A model generated the notes under the pieces. It was not told where the DNA came from, did not search any database, and was given only the letters and a program-made list of their open reading frames with translations. 40,403 nucleotides of DNA from Rubritepida sp. (lineage in GTDB: Bacteria; Pseudomonadota; Alphaproteobacteria; Acetobacterales; Acetobacteraceae). This document shows positions 1-9,765 of the stretch, piece by piece (positions within the stretch are counted from its first letter, which is position 1; each line of letters starts with the position of its first letter). Where the stretch lies: contig JAQGHZ010000582.1 of assembly GCA_028291485.1 (NCBI GenBank), positions 1 to 40,403 of the forward strand, written 5' to 3'. The position numbers were made by a program, and so were the translations under genes.

Positions 1-42
1 TGCCTCAGTCGTCGTGGCGCTCCCGTGAAGAACCTGACCCAT
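1..42 (-). CDS. IS481-family transposase, first 14 codons (runs off the window edge)
   Basis: ATG at 42 translates as MGQVLHGSATTTEA; GAGGGA purine tract upstream. Confidence 0.85.
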   Translation of the reverse strand, partial: MGQVLHGSATTTEA

Positions 43-98
43 AGCGCGTCCCTCGATTCCTGCGGCTAGAGTGCACCAGCAAAATCCGGGATCAAACA
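1..98 (-). mobile_element. IS481-family insertion sequence, left end (rest lies outside the window)
   Basis: Minus strand reads CCTAGG|TGTTTGATCCCGGA...: a TGT terminus next to an NCTAGN-type target (99-104), followed by an ORF starting MGQVLHGSATTTEA, a recognisable IS481-family transposase N-terminus. Confidence 0.88.
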
Positions 99-130
99 CC
101 TAGGTGGCCGGGGTTGGAGTGGCCCGCCCT

Positions 131-1918
131 TCAGCGGCCGACGGCGTAGCCCTGCATGCCGCGGGGGTTGGCCCCGGCGAAGATCTGCCCGTCCGGCTCG
201 CGGCGGGCGCCGGTCAGGCGCCCTTCGCTCCACTCGCCGCCCATCTCGGCCTTGTGGCCGCGCGAGTGGAGTGCGGACAGCACCTCGGGCGCGAAGCGGC
301 CTTCCAGCACCAGCTTCCCGGGCTTGGCGCCGCGCGGCCAGAAGCTGCTGACCCAATGCTCGGAATGGAAGGAGGGCAGGTCGATCGCCTCCTGGATGTT
401 GAAGCCGTGCGCCAGCATCCGGGAGAGCATGATGGACTGCCACTGGTCCTGCTGCTCGCCGCCCGGCGTGCCGAAGCTCATCCAGGGCTTGCCGTCGCGC
501 AGCACCATGGAGGGCGAGAGGGTGGTGCGCGGCCGCTTGCCGGGCTGGAGCCCGTTGGGCAGCGACTCGTCGAGCCAGAACATCTGGCAGCGCGAGCCGA
601 GGCAGAAGCCGAGCTCCGGGATGGCGGGCGACGATTGCAGCCAGCCGGCCGAGGGCGTCGCGCTGACGAAATTGCCGTGCCGGTCGATCACGTCGATGTG
701 GCAGGTGTCGCCGCCCGAGGCACCGAGGCGCGAGACCGTCGGCTCGCCCGTGCCGGCCGCCATGGCCATAGCCTCGGAGCGGTGCACGGCGGCGGCATAG
801 TCCACGCCGCGGATGGGTAGACCATCCGGGTTGCCGGGCCGGAATTCCATCGAGGCATCGTGGCCGATCAGCTTGCGGCGTTCGTCGGTGTAGGCCTTGG
901 AGAGCAGCGTCGCGAGCGGGACCTCGGTGAAATTCGGGTCACCGTAGAAGGCCTCGCGATCGGCGAAGGCGAGTTTCATGGCCTCGGTGACATGGTGGAC
1001 GAAATCCTCGCCGACCGGGTCCATCGCCGCGAGGTCGAAGCCGGAGAGCAGTGCCAGGGTCTGCAGCATGGCCGGCCCCTGGCTCCAGGGGCCGCATTTC
1101 AGGACGGTCGTGCCCATGAACTCGAAGGCCACCGGCGCCTCCACACCGGCGCGCCAACTGGCCATGTCCTGACCTGTCAGCGCCGCCGCATGGCGCTTGC
1201 CCGAGGTGTCCATGGCCGGGTTGCGGCCGAAGCGGTCGATCGCCTCGGCGACGAAGCCGGAATACCAGGCGTTCCGGGCGGCCTGGATCTCGGCATCGCG
1301 GTCGCGGCCGTGCGACTCGGCCTCCCGGATCAACCTTTCATAGGTGTCGGCCAGGGTAGGATTGGCATAGAGCTTGCCGGGCTGAGGGCCGCCATCGCGC
1401 AGCCAAAGGGCGGCCGAGCTCTTCCACTCGGCCTCGAAGAGCGGCTTCACCGTTGCGACGGTCTGGCAGACGCGTGGCACCATGTGCGCGCCGTGCCGGG
1501 CATAGGAGATCGCAAAGGCCAACACGTCGCGCAGGCGCCAGGTGCCGTGGTTGAGCAGCATGGAGGCCCAGGCATCGAAGGCGCCGGGGATGGGCGCCGC
1601 GAGGAAGCCCGTGCCCGGCATGATGTCCAGCCCGAGCTGGTTCTTCACGAGATCGACCGTCAGCCCCGCTGGCGCCGGCCCCTGGCCGCAGATCACCAGT
1701 TCTTTCCCGAGCCTGGCGTCATGCAGGATGATCGGGCAGTCGCCGCCGGGGCCGTTCAGGTGCGGCTCCACGATCTGCAGGGTGAAGCCGGCCGCCGCCG
1801 CCGCGTCGAAGGCGTTGCCGCCCCGCTCCAGCACCGCCATGCCGACCTGGCTCGCCAGCCAGTGCGTGGAGGCCACAGCGCCGAAGGTTCCGGCGATTTC
1901 GGGGCGGGTCGTGAACAT
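131..1918 (-). CDS. ggt: gamma-glutamyltransferase family protein (Ntn hydrolase)
   Basis: Start trimmed to MFTTRPE. Motifs GGNAFDAA, EPHLNGPGGD, GDTCHIDVIDRHGN (Thr nucleophile), PGKRPRTTLSP, GTPGG. Confidence 0.9.
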   Translation of the reverse strand: MFTTRPEIAGTFGAVASTHWLASQVGMAVLERGGNAFDAAAAAGFTLQIVEPHLNGPGGDCPIILHDARLGKELVICGQGPAPAGLTVDLVKNQLGLDIMPGTGFLAAPIPGAFDAWASMLLNHGTWRLRDVLAFAISYARHGAHMVPRVCQTVATVKPLFEAEWKSSAALWLRDGGPQPGKLYANPTLADTYERLIREAESHGRDRDAEIQAARNAWYSGFVAEAIDRFGRNPAMDTSGKRHAAALTGQDMASWRAGVEAPVAFEFMGTTVLKCGPWSQGPAMLQTLALLSGFDLAAMDPVGEDFVHHVTEAMKLAFADREAFYGDPNFTEVPLATLLSKAYTDERRKLIGHDASMEFRPGNPDGLPIRGVDYAAAVHRSEAMAMAAGTGEPTVSRLGASGGDTCHIDVIDRHGNFVSATPSAGWLQSSPAIPELGFCLGSRCQMFWLDESLPNGLQPGKRPRTTLSPSMVLRDGKPWMSFGTPGGEQQDQWQSIMLSRMLAHGFNIQEAIDLPSFHSEHWVSSFWPRGAKPGKLVLEGRFAPEVLSALHSRGHKAEMGGEWSEGRLTGARREPDGQIFAGANPRGMQGYAVGR

Positions 1919-1984
1919 GTGAGGCCTTTTCGGAAGCGGCTTGATCTGCGCAAAGAAAGAAGGCGGGGTCAATCCGGAGGGGCG

Positions 1985-2542
1985 ATGATCTGGGTGGCGT
2001 TGGCGGGCCCTTCGGGGGCGGGGAAGGACAGTCTTCTGGACCGTGTCCGGGAAGATCTGGCGGGCGACGCCCGTTTGCATTTCGCGCAACGGACCATCAC
2101 CCGTTCGGCCCAGGCCGGGGGCGAGGCGCACGAAGCGGTGTCTTCCGAGGATTTTCAGATGCTTGCGGCCGCTGATGCCTTCGTTCTGACTTGGCAGGCA
2201 CACGGTCTCCGCTACGGCATCCGGCGCGTCGAAGCCCCCGACGACAAGCTCGTCGTCATCAGCGTGTCCCGGGCCGTGCTGCACGAGGCGTCGCGGATGC
2301 GGCGACTGCAGGTCGTCGAGGTCACGGCGCCGCGGGAATTGCTGGCCGAGCGCCTCGCGCGACGCGGCCGGGAGACGGCGGATCAGATCGCCGCCCGCCT
2401 CGATCGGGAAATGGGCCTGCCGGAGGGCCTGGACATCGTCACCATCCGCAATGATTCGTCCATCGAGGAGGGCGCCGCGCGCCTCCGGCATGTGCTGGAA
2501 GCCGCCGCCTCGTCTTGCGTGACAGGGGCTTTTCCGTCATAG
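1985..2542 (+). CDS. phnN: PhnN-like ribose 1,5-bisphosphokinase (guanylate kinase-like P-loop)
   Basis: [10 protein letters not shown]-loop, [30 protein letters not shown] before ATG 1985. Confidence 0.8.
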   Translation: MIWVALAGPSGAGKDSLLDRVREDLAGDARLHFAQRTITRSAQAGGEAHEAVSSEDFQMLAAADAFVLTWQAHGLRYGIRRVEAPDDKLVVISVSRAVLHEASRMRRLQVVEVTAPRELLAERLARRGRETADQIAARLDREMGLPEGLDIVTIRNDSSIEEGAARLRHVLEAAASSCVTGAFPS

Positions 2543-2543
2543 G
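2515..2543 (+). promoter_or_regulatory. putative sigma70 promoter for rpsB-tsf
   Basis: TTGCGT-N17-CATAGG overlapping the 3' end of phnN, upstream of the rpsB leader. Confidence 0.4.
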
Positions 2544-2575
2544 GCTGCGCATCCGGCGGATGTTCTGCTGGAAAT

Positions 2576-2656
2576 CCACACGCGGCGCTCCCTTCCATAT
2601 GGCAAGGGTCCGGTCTCGGCTTCGGTCGAGGTTTGCGTCGCGGAGGCTCAACCGGA
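2576..2656 (+). promoter_or_regulatory. rpsB 5' leader RNA (probable S2 autoregulatory structure)
   Basis: CCACACGC...GCGGAGGC flanks. Outer stem CGCGGCGC (2581-88) / GCGTCGCG (2635-42); inner hairpins CCCTT..AAGGG and CTCGGC-TTCG-GTCGAG. Confidence 0.65.
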
Positions 2657-2679
2657 CTGATTTGGAAGGAATTTCGCTC

Positions 2680-3471
2680 ATGGCGATGCCAGAGGTTTCC
2701 CTGCGCCAGCTGCTCGAAGCAGGCGTGCATTTCGGCCACCACACGCGGCGCTGGAATCCGCGGATGGCCCCCTACATTTTCGGCATCCGCAACCAGGTCC
2801 ACATCCTGGATCTGCAGCAGACCGTCCCGATGCTCGAGCGCGCCCTGCGTTCCGTGCGCGACACGGTGGCCGGCGGCGGCCGCGTGCTCTTCGTGGGCAC
2901 CAAGAAGGCGGCGGCGGAATACGTGGCCGAGGCGGCGACCCGCTGCGGCCAGTACTACGTCAATCACCGCTGGCTCGGCGGCATGCTGACCAACTGGAAG
3001 ACCATCACCGGCTCCATCAAGCGCCTCAAGGAAATGGACGGCCGCCTCCAGGGCGACATCCAGGGCCTGACCAAGAAGGAAGTGCTGATGCTGACGCGCG
3101 AGCGCGACAAGCTCGACCGCGCGCTGGGCGGCATCCGCGAGATGGGTGGCCTTCCCGACATGATCTTCGTCATCGACGTGGTGAAGGAGAAGCTGGCCAT
3201 TGAAGAGGCGAACACGCTGGGGATCCCCGTCGTGGCCGTCGTGGACAGCAACTGCGATCCGACCGGCGTGACCTTCCCGATCCCGGGCAATGACGACGCG
3301 ATCCGCGCCATCAACCTCTACTGCGACCTGGTCGCCGCCGCTGTCTTCGACGGTATCTCGGCCGAGATGCAGGCGTCCGGTCGCGACGTCGGCGCCATGG
3401 CCGAGCCGATGGCCGAGGAGGCCCCGGTCGAGGTCGCCGCCCCCGAAGAAACTCCGGCCCCCCAGGCCTGA
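2680..3471 (+). CDS. rpsB: 30S ribosomal protein S2
   Basis: [44 protein letters not shown] before ATG 2680. Confidence 0.99.
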   Translation: MAMPEVSLRQLLEAGVHFGHHTRRWNPRMAPYIFGIRNQVHILDLQQTVPMLERALRSVRDTVAGGGRVLFVGTKKAAAEYVAEAATRCGQYYVNHRWLGGMLTNWKTITGSIKRLKEMDGRLQGDIQGLTKKEVLMLTRERDKLDRALGGIREMGGLPDMIFVIDVVKEKLAIEEANTLGIPVVAVVDSNCDPTGVTFPIPGNDDAIRAINLYCDLVAAAVFDGISAEMQASGRDVGAMAEPMAEEAPVEVAAPEETPAPQA

Positions 3472-3510
3472 GCGACAACACCCAGAGCGCCACAACGAGG
3501 AGCTTGAGCA

Positions 3511-4422
3511 ATGGCTGAAATCACGGCCGGCATGGTGCGGGACCTGCGCGACGCCACCGGCGCCGGCATGATGGACTGCAAGAAGGCGCTGGTGGAGAGC
3601 GGCGGCGACATCGAGGCCGCGATCGACTGGCTCCGGAAGAAGGGGCTGTCGGCCGCTGCCAAGAAGTCCGGCCGCGTGGCCGCCGAGGGCCTGGTGGGCG
3701 TCGCCTCCGGCCCCGGCGTCGCGGCCATGGTCGAGGTGAATGCCGAGACCGACTTCGTCGCGCGCAACGAGGCCTTCCAGAACTTCGTGGCCGAGGTGGC
3801 GGGTCTCGCCCTCTCGGTCGGCGACGATCTGGAGAAGCTCAAGGCCGCGACCTTCCCGGGCACGACGCACAGCACCCAGGAAGAGCTTACCAAGATGATC
3901 GCCACGATCGGCGAGAACATGACGATCCGCCGGGCGAAGGTCTTCTCGGTCGAGAAGGGCACGGTCGCGACCTACATGCACAATTCGGTCAAGCCGGGTC
4001 TCGGCAAGATCGGGGTGCTCGTGGCGCTCGAGGGCCCAGGCGAGGACGCGGTGATGGAGACGCTCGGCCGGCAGATCGGCATGCACGTCGCCGCCACCCG
4101 GCCGGAGGCGTTGGACGTCAGCGCCGTCGAGCCCTCCGCCCTGGAGCGCGAGAAGGCCGTGCTGACCGAGCAGGCCATGGCCTCGGGCAAGCCGCCGGCC
4201 GTCATCGAGAAGATGGTCGAGGGCCGCATCCGCAAGTTCTACGAGGAAGTGGTCCTGCTGGAGCAGGTTTGGGTGCATGACGGAGAGAGCCGCGTGAAGG
4301 CCGTGGTCGCCAAGGCCGGCCTGGCGCTGAAGGGCTTCGCCCGCTTCCAGCTCGGAGAGGGCATCGAGAAGCAGACCTCCGACTTCGCGGCCGAGGTCGC
4401 CGCCGCTTCCGGCGTTTCCTGA
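3511..4422 (+). CDS. tsf: translation elongation factor Ts
   Basis: [26 protein letters not shown]; follows rpsB. Confidence 0.99.
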   Translation: MAEITAGMVRDLRDATGAGMMDCKKALVESGGDIEAAIDWLRKKGLSAAAKKSGRVAAEGLVGVASGPGVAAMVEVNAETDFVARNEAFQNFVAEVAGLALSVGDDLEKLKAATFPGTTHSTQEELTKMIATIGENMTIRRAKVFSVEKGTVATYMHNSVKPGLGKIGVLVALEGPGEDAVMETLGRQIGMHVAATRPEALDVSAVEPSALEREKAVLTEQAMASGKPPAVIEKMVEGRIRKFYEEVVLLEQVWVHDGESRVKAVVAKAGLALKGFARFQLGEGIEKQTSDFAAEVAAASGVS

Positions 4423-4435
4423 GCCGATAGTTACC

Positions 4436-4463
4436 CGCCGGGGCGGTTTTCGCCGCCCCGGCG
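4436..4463 (+). terminator. GC-rich hairpin between tsf and pyrH
   Basis: CGCCGGGGCGG-N6-CCGCCCCGGCG, a perfect 11-bp stem, but only a weak U tract. Confidence 0.5.
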
Positions 4464-4509
4464 CCATATTTGCCTGCCAGTACCAGTTCTCTATCAGACC
4501 GGATCAGCG

Positions 4510-5235
4510 ATGAGCGAAACGCCGAAATACAAGCGCGTGATGCTGAAGGTCTCGGGCGAGGCCCTCATGGGCAGCCGGAATTACGGGTTGGACGTCGCCA
4601 CCCTCAAGGCTATCGCGCAGGACGTTTCGGGCGTGGTGGAACTGGGCGTCGAGGTCGCCATGGTGATCGGCGGTGGCAACATCTTCCGCGGCATCGCCGG
4701 CGCAGCGACCGGCATGGACCGCGCCCAGGCCGACTACATGGGCATGCTGGCGACCGTGATGAACGCGCTGGCCATGCAGTCCGCGCTCGAGAAGGCCGGC
4801 GTCCAGACCCGGGTCCAATCCGCTATCGAAATGAGCTCGATCTGCGAGCCCTATATCCGGCGGCGCGCCATGCGCCACATGGAGAAGGGCCGGGTCGTGA
4901 TCTTCGGCGCCGGCACGGGCAATCCCTTCTTCACCACGGACACCGCCGCGGCCCTGCGCGCGGCTGAGATGAACTGCGACGTGCTGCTGAAGGGCACCCA
5001 GGTCGATGGCGTCTATGCCGCCGACCCGCGGACCAACCCGGACGCCGAGCGCTATACGGCCCTGACCTACCTGGAGATGCTCTCGCGTGACCTGGCCGTC
5101 ATGGACGCTGCGGCCATCTCGGTTGCGCGGGAAAACCATCTGCCCATTATTGTCTTCAACATCCACGAACCGGGCGCTTTCACGGCCGTGATGAAGGGCG
5201 AAGGCCGCTTCACCACCGTGACCGACACCCCCTGA
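4510..5235 (+). CDS. pyrH: UMP kinase
   Basis: [34 protein letters not shown]. Confidence 0.99.
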   Translation: MSETPKYKRVMLKVSGEALMGSRNYGLDVATLKAIAQDVSGVVELGVEVAMVIGGGNIFRGIAGAATGMDRAQADYMGMLATVMNALAMQSALEKAGVQTRVQSAIEMSSICEPYIRRRAMRHMEKGRVVIFGAGTGNPFFTTDTAAALRAAEMNCDVLLKGTQVDGVYAADPRTNPDAERYTALTYLEMLSRDLAVMDAAAISVARENHLPIIVFNIHEPGAFTAVMKGEGRFTTVTDTP

Positions 5236-5251
5236 TCGCGAGGCTTTTCCC

Positions 5252-5824
5252 ATGGCTGCCCCGCCCGACAATAAGACGCTCAAGGCCGACCTCGTGCGCC
5301 GTATGGACAGCGCGCTGGAGACGCTGAAGAAGGAATTCGCCGGCCTGCGCACCGGCCGCGCCAGCCCCTCGCTGCTGGAGCCGATCCGTGTCGAGGCCTA
5401 TGGCAGCAACCAGCCGCTGGCGCAGGTCGCGAATGTTTCGGTGGCCGGGCCATCGATGCTCCAGGTGCAGGTCTGGGATCGCTCGGTGACCAAGGCCGTG
5501 GAGATCGCCATTCGTGACTCCGGGTTGGGGCTCAATCCGCAATCCGAAGGCCAGACCATCCGCGTCATGTTGCCGCCGCTCACCGAGCAGCGGCGCAATG
5601 AACTGGCAAAGACGGCCGCGAAGTACTCCGAAGGCGCCAAGGTGGCCATCCGTGGCGTCCGCCGCGACGGCATGGAGCAGATCCAGGGCTGGAAGAAGAA
5701 GTCCGAGATCGGCGAGGATGACGCCAAGCGCTGGTCCGATGAGGTCCAGAAGCTGACCGACGACTATGTGAAGAAGATCGACGTGTCGCTCGCCGAAAAG
5801 GAAAAGGACATCAAGACCGTCTGA
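5252..5824 (+). CDS. frr: ribosome recycling factor
   Basis: LRTGRASPSLL, GLNP, PPLTEQRR. Confidence 0.99.
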   Translation: MAAPPDNKTLKADLVRRMDSALETLKKEFAGLRTGRASPSLLEPIRVEAYGSNQPLAQVANVSVAGPSMLQVQVWDRSVTKAVEIAIRDSGLGLNPQSEGQTIRVMLPPLTEQRRNELAKTAAKYSEGAKVAIRGVRRDGMEQIQGWKKKSEIGEDDAKRWSDEVQKLTDDYVKKIDVSLAEKEKDIKTV

Positions 5825-6564
5825 TGTCCGCGCACCCAGCCTTGCAGGCGGGTTCGGGCGCGCCGACGCCCCGCCACGTCGCCGTCATCATGGATGGGAA
5901 CCGCCGCTGGGCGCAGGCGAGGGGCCTCCCCGTGGCGCTGGGTCATCGCGCCGGCGCGGACGCGGCGCGCCGGACCATCGAGGCTGCCATCGGCGCCGGC
6001 GTCTCCTGGCTGACGCTCTTTGCCTTCTCCTCGGAAAACTGGGGCCGCCCGGCAGACGAGGTTCAGGAGCTGACCGCCCTGCTGCGCCACTATCTGCGTG
6101 CGGAGGTGGCCCAGCTCACCCGCGAGGGCGTGCGCCTGCGCGTCATCGGCGACCGGGGACGCTTCGGCGACGAAACGCTGAAGGCCATCGACGCGGCCGA
6201 GCAGCGCACGGAGGGCGGGCTTCGCCTGAACCTGACGGTGGCGCTGTCCTACGGTGCCCGGGCGGAGATTCTCTCGGCCGCCCGCTCGGCGGCAGCGGCC
6301 GCCGCCCGGGGAGAACTCGATCCGGAGACGCTGGACGAGGCCGGCTTCGCATCGCGCCTCTTCACGGCCGGCATGCCCGATCCGGACCTCATCATCCGGA
6401 CCTCCGGCGAGCAGCGCATCTCCAACTTCCTGCTCTGGCAGGCCGCCTATGCCGAACTGATCTTCCTGCCCGGCCTCTGGCCGGACTTCGGCGTTACCGA
6501 CTTCAATGCCGCCCTGACCGACTACGCCGCGCGGGAGCGGCGTTTCGGCGCCCGAATCGGCTGA
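5824..6564 (+). CDS. uppS: undecaprenyl diphosphate synthase
   Basis: HVAVIMDGNRRWA, FSSENW, IRTSGEQRISNFLLWQ. TGATG coupling with frr. Confidence 0.97.
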   Translation: MSAHPALQAGSGAPTPRHVAVIMDGNRRWAQARGLPVALGHRAGADAARRTIEAAIGAGVSWLTLFAFSSENWGRPADEVQELTALLRHYLRAEVAQLTREGVRLRVIGDRGRFGDETLKAIDAAEQRTEGGLRLNLTVALSYGARAEILSAARSAAAAAARGELDPETLDEAGFASRLFTAGMPDPDLIIRTSGEQRISNFLLWQAAYAELIFLPGLWPDFGVTDFNAALTDYAARERRFGARIG

Positions 6565-7380
6565 ATGCGAAACTGGGGCGACCTGCGGAAGCGTGCCCTG
6601 ACCGCCGTCCTGCTGGCCCCTGCGGTGCTGTTGTGCGTCTGGCTGGGCGGATTGTGGTGGGCGGCGCTGATGGCGCTCTGCGTGGTGGGGTTGGCCTGGG
6701 AATGGGTCCGGCTCTGCCGCGGATCGACCCGCACGTCGCCCGGCATCGTGGTGGCGCCCGTCGTCCTTGCTGCCGGCGGTGCCGCCGTGCTGGGTCAGCC
6801 TGGGCTCGGGCTTCTGCTTCTGGCGGGAGGAACCTTCGCGACATGGCTCGCTGCCAGCCGTGCCGGCGGCGTTTCGCCGTTCTGGTTGGCACTGGGCGTC
6901 CTATATATAGGCTTGGCAGGTGTCGCCTTGGTGGTCCTGCGAAATGATGACCTGGTGGGGCAGGGCAACGTGCTCTTCCTGTTTCTGGTTGTCTGGGCTT
7001 CGGACATTGCGGCCTATGTCGCAGGTCGCAGCTTCGGCGGCCCGAAGCTTGCGCCTGCGATCTCGCCCAACAAGACCTGGTCGGGCGCCATCGGCGGTCT
7101 GGTTGGTGCCTTGGCCGTGGGCCTTTGTGTCGCCTTGCTGCTCGGACCCGGTGGGTCGATGGCGCGGATGGCCCTGGTCTCAGTTGTCCTCGGCATCGCC
7201 ACCCAATCCGGTGATATGTTTGAAAGCTGGATCAAGCGCCGATTCGGCGTAAAGGATTCGTCCGGACTGATCCCCGGCCATGGCGGCTTGCTCGATCGAC
7301 TCGACGGCGTGCTGGCGGCGGCCCCTCTCGCCGCGCTGATCGGCGTTGCCGCGGGGCCCGGTCTTCATCTTTGGAGGTAG
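6565..7380 (+). CDS. cdsA: phosphatidate cytidylyltransferase
   Basis: ISPNKTWSG, KDSSGLIPGHGGLLDRLD; multiple hydrophobic segments. Confidence 0.96.
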   Translation: MRNWGDLRKRALTAVLLAPAVLLCVWLGGLWWAALMALCVVGLAWEWVRLCRGSTRTSPGIVVAPVVLAAGGAAVLGQPGLGLLLLAGGTFATWLAASRAGGVSPFWLALGVLYIGLAGVALVVLRNDDLVGQGNVLFLFLVVWASDIAAYVAGRSFGGPKLAPAISPNKTWSGAIGGLVGALAVGLCVALLLGPGGSMARMALVSVVLGIATQSGDMFESWIKRRFGVKDSSGLIPGHGGLLDRLDGVLAAAPLAALIGVAAGPGLHLWR

Positions 7381-7382
7381 GT

Positions 7383-8561
7383 TTGCCCGTCTCGTCCCCC
7401 CGCAGCGTCACGGTCCTGGGTAGCACTGGTTCGGTCGGCCGCAGCACGCTGTCCCTGCTGGCGGCGGCGCGGCCCGGCGAGTTCGCCGTGGAGGCGCTGG
7501 TCGCGGGGAAAGACGCGAAGGCCCTCGCCGCGCAGGCCAGGGCCCACGGTGCACGGCTCGCCGTCGTGGCCGACGAGCGTGCCTATACGGTCCTCAAGGA
7601 TGAACTGTCGGGTTCCGGTATCGAGGTGGCGGCCGGGGCCGACGCCGTGATCGCCGCGGCTGGACGCCATGCCGATTGGACCATGGCCGCCATCGTGGGC
7701 GCCGTCGGCTTGCGGAGCACCCTTGCCGCGTTGGCTCGCGGCGGCACGCTGGCGCTGGCCAACAAGGAGAGCCTCGTCTGCGCCGGCCATATCGTGCTGG
7801 ATGCAGCCAGAAGCGCCGGCGCCACATTGCTGCCCGTGGATTCCGAGCACAATGCCATCTTCCAGGCACTGGACACCCGCGACCCCTCGGTGATCGAGCA
7901 GATCATCCTGACGGCATCAGGCGGGCCCTTCCGCGAATGGACGTCTGCGCAGATGGCTCAGGCCACGCCTGAGCAGGCGGTCCGGCACCCGGTCTGGTCC
8001 ATGGGCGCCAAGATCAGCATCGACAGCGCGACCATGTTCAACAAGGGACTCGAGCTGATCGAGGCGGCACGCCTTTTCCCGGTCCGGCCGGATCAGCTCG
8101 GCGTGCTGATTCACCCGCAGTCGGCCGTGCACGGGCTGGTCCAATATGCGGACGGCTCGCTTCTGGCCCAGCTCGGCACACCCGATATGCGCACGCCCAT
8201 CGCCAGCTGCCTGGCTTGGCCGAATCGCATGTCCGTGCAGGTGGCGCGACTCGACCTCGCGGCGCTGAGCCGACTCGATTTCGAGGCCCCCGACACGCTG
8301 CGTTTTCCCGCGCTGCGCCTTGCCCGTGAGGCCCTGGAGGCCGAGGGCGGTGCTCCATGCGTGCTGAACGCCGCGAATGAGGTGGCCGTCGGACTCTTCC
8401 TGGCACGCGGCCTTGGCTTCCTCGACATCGCGGCCGTAGTGGCGGAGACGCTCGCTGCGCTGGGAAGCCAGCCCATTTCGGATCTCGACTCGATCCTGGC
8501 ACTCGACCAAGCCGCCCGCCGCGAGGCCTCCCGCATCGCCGCGCACCGCGCCGCCGCCTGA
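7383..8561 (+). CDS. dxr: 1-deoxy-D-xylulose 5-phosphate reductoisomerase
   Basis: LGSTGSVG, LANKESLV, PVDSEH, WSMGAKISIDSATMFNKGLE. TTG 7383 follows GGAGG (alternative start 7371). Confidence 0.97.
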   Translation: MPVSSPRSVTVLGSTGSVGRSTLSLLAAARPGEFAVEALVAGKDAKALAAQARAHGARLAVVADERAYTVLKDELSGSGIEVAAGADAVIAAAGRHADWTMAAIVGAVGLRSTLAALARGGTLALANKESLVCAGHIVLDAARSAGATLLPVDSEHNAIFQALDTRDPSVIEQIILTASGGPFREWTSAQMAQATPEQAVRHPVWSMGAKISIDSATMFNKGLELIEAARLFPVRPDQLGVLIHPQSAVHGLVQYADGSLLAQLGTPDMRTPIASCLAWPNRMSVQVARLDLAALSRLDFEAPDTLRFPALRLAREALEAEGGAPCVLNAANEVAVGLFLARGLGFLDIAAVVAETLAALGSQPISDLDSILALDQAARREASRIAAHRAAA

Positions 8562-8572
8562 AGGAGTCCATC

Positions 8573-9688
8573 ATGCTCGAATTCCTCCCTTCCGCCGTGC
8601 GAACCCTTCTGGCCTTCCTGGTCGTGCTGGGTGTCCTGATCTTTGTCCACGAGCTCGGCCACTACCTGGCGGCTCGTTGGCGCAAGGTGCATGTCGACGC
8701 CTTCAGCATCGGCTTCGGCAAGGCCATCGCCTCCTGGCAGGACCGGCGCGGGACCCAGTGGCGCATCGCCTGGATCCCGCTGGGCGGCTACGTGAAGCTG
8801 CACGGCCAGGCGCCCTTCGACGAGACGCCGGAAGCGGACCGCGTGCCGGAGCGCCCCGGGCTCACCTTCCATAACAAGGGCGTGCTGGACCGGGCTATCG
8901 TGGTCGCAGCCGGCCCGGTCGCCAATTTCCTGCTGGCAGCCATCCTCTTCGCCCTCCTCTTCGCGACGAACGGCGTTCCGCGGGGTCTCACGACGGTCTC
9001 CGTCGTCGCGCCCGGCTCGCCGGCAGAGGTGGCTGGCGTCATGGCGGGCGACACGATCGTGGCCCTCGATGGCGAGCGCGTGACGCGATTCGACCAGGTC
9101 CAGCGCCACATCCAGCCGCGTGCGGGCCAGCAGGTCGCGATCCGGCTCGAGCGCGACGGACGCGAGTTGAGCCTCCAGGTCGTGCCGGCCGCCCGCCCGG
9201 GCAGCGAGGCGCAGCCGGTCGGCATCCTGGGCATCCAGGGCGGCCAGGCTACCTTCGAACGGCTCGATCCCGTCTCGGCGCTTTGGGCGGGCACCGTCCA
9301 GACGGCCGAGGTCAGCTGGGCGACCCTGGCGGGCATCGGCGAAATGCTGACCGGCTCGCGCAGCGCGAGCGAGCTCGGAGGGCCCATCCGGATCGCCGAG
9401 GTCTCGGGAGAGGCCGCAACGCTTGGCATCGTGCCGCTGGTCAACCTGATGGCACTGCTGTCGGTAAGCTTGGCGCTGCTGAACCTCTTCCCGATCCCGT
9501 TGCTGGACGGCGGCCACCTGATGTTCTACGCCGCCGAGGCGATCCGGGGGCGGCCGCTTCCGCCCAAGGCCCTGGAGGTTGGCTTCCGCGCCGGCTTCGC
9601 CGTGCTGATCTGCCTGTTTTTGTTTGCAACCTGGAACGATATCGCGCATGGCGGGATCGGTCGCTGGGTGGCTGGGCTGGTCGGATGA
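8573..9688 (+). CDS. rseP: RIP metalloprotease RseP
   Basis: HELGH zinc motif, PLGGYVK, PDZ-like region, NLFPIPLLDGGH. Confidence 0.97.
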   Translation: MLEFLPSAVRTLLAFLVVLGVLIFVHELGHYLAARWRKVHVDAFSIGFGKAIASWQDRRGTQWRIAWIPLGGYVKLHGQAPFDETPEADRVPERPGLTFHNKGVLDRAIVVAAGPVANFLLAAILFALLFATNGVPRGLTTVSVVAPGSPAEVAGVMAGDTIVALDGERVTRFDQVQRHIQPRAGQQVAIRLERDGRELSLQVVPAARPGSEAQPVGILGIQGGQATFERLDPVSALWAGTVQTAEVSWATLAGIGEMLTGSRSASELGGPIRIAEVSGEAATLGIVPLVNLMALLSVSLALLNLFPIPLLDGGHLMFYAAEAIRGRPLPPKALEVGFRAGFAVLICLFLFATWNDIAHGGIGRWVAGLVG

Positions 9689-9765
9689 GGGGGCGGGAAA
9701 TGGCGGGGTGGCGGCATGTCGGCGGCGCGGCTATGTTCCGGCCGGCTGCGGTTCGACGCAAACAT

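Noticed and set aside
860-2491. Apparent long N-terminal extensions of ggt (786 aa) and phnN (560 aa) overlapping each other
   Set aside because: Family motifs begin at 1918 (-) and 1985 (+, with an RBS). The extensions are upstream open frame, not fusions.
2383-4467. Long antisense or alternative-frame ORFs (e.g. 2383-4467, 8111-9649, 27605-29410, 29906-31819, 32865-34226, 35817-37742, 38186-39604)
   Set aside because: They are shadows of well-conserved genes in high-GC DNA, where stop codons are scarce, and show no recognisable motifs.
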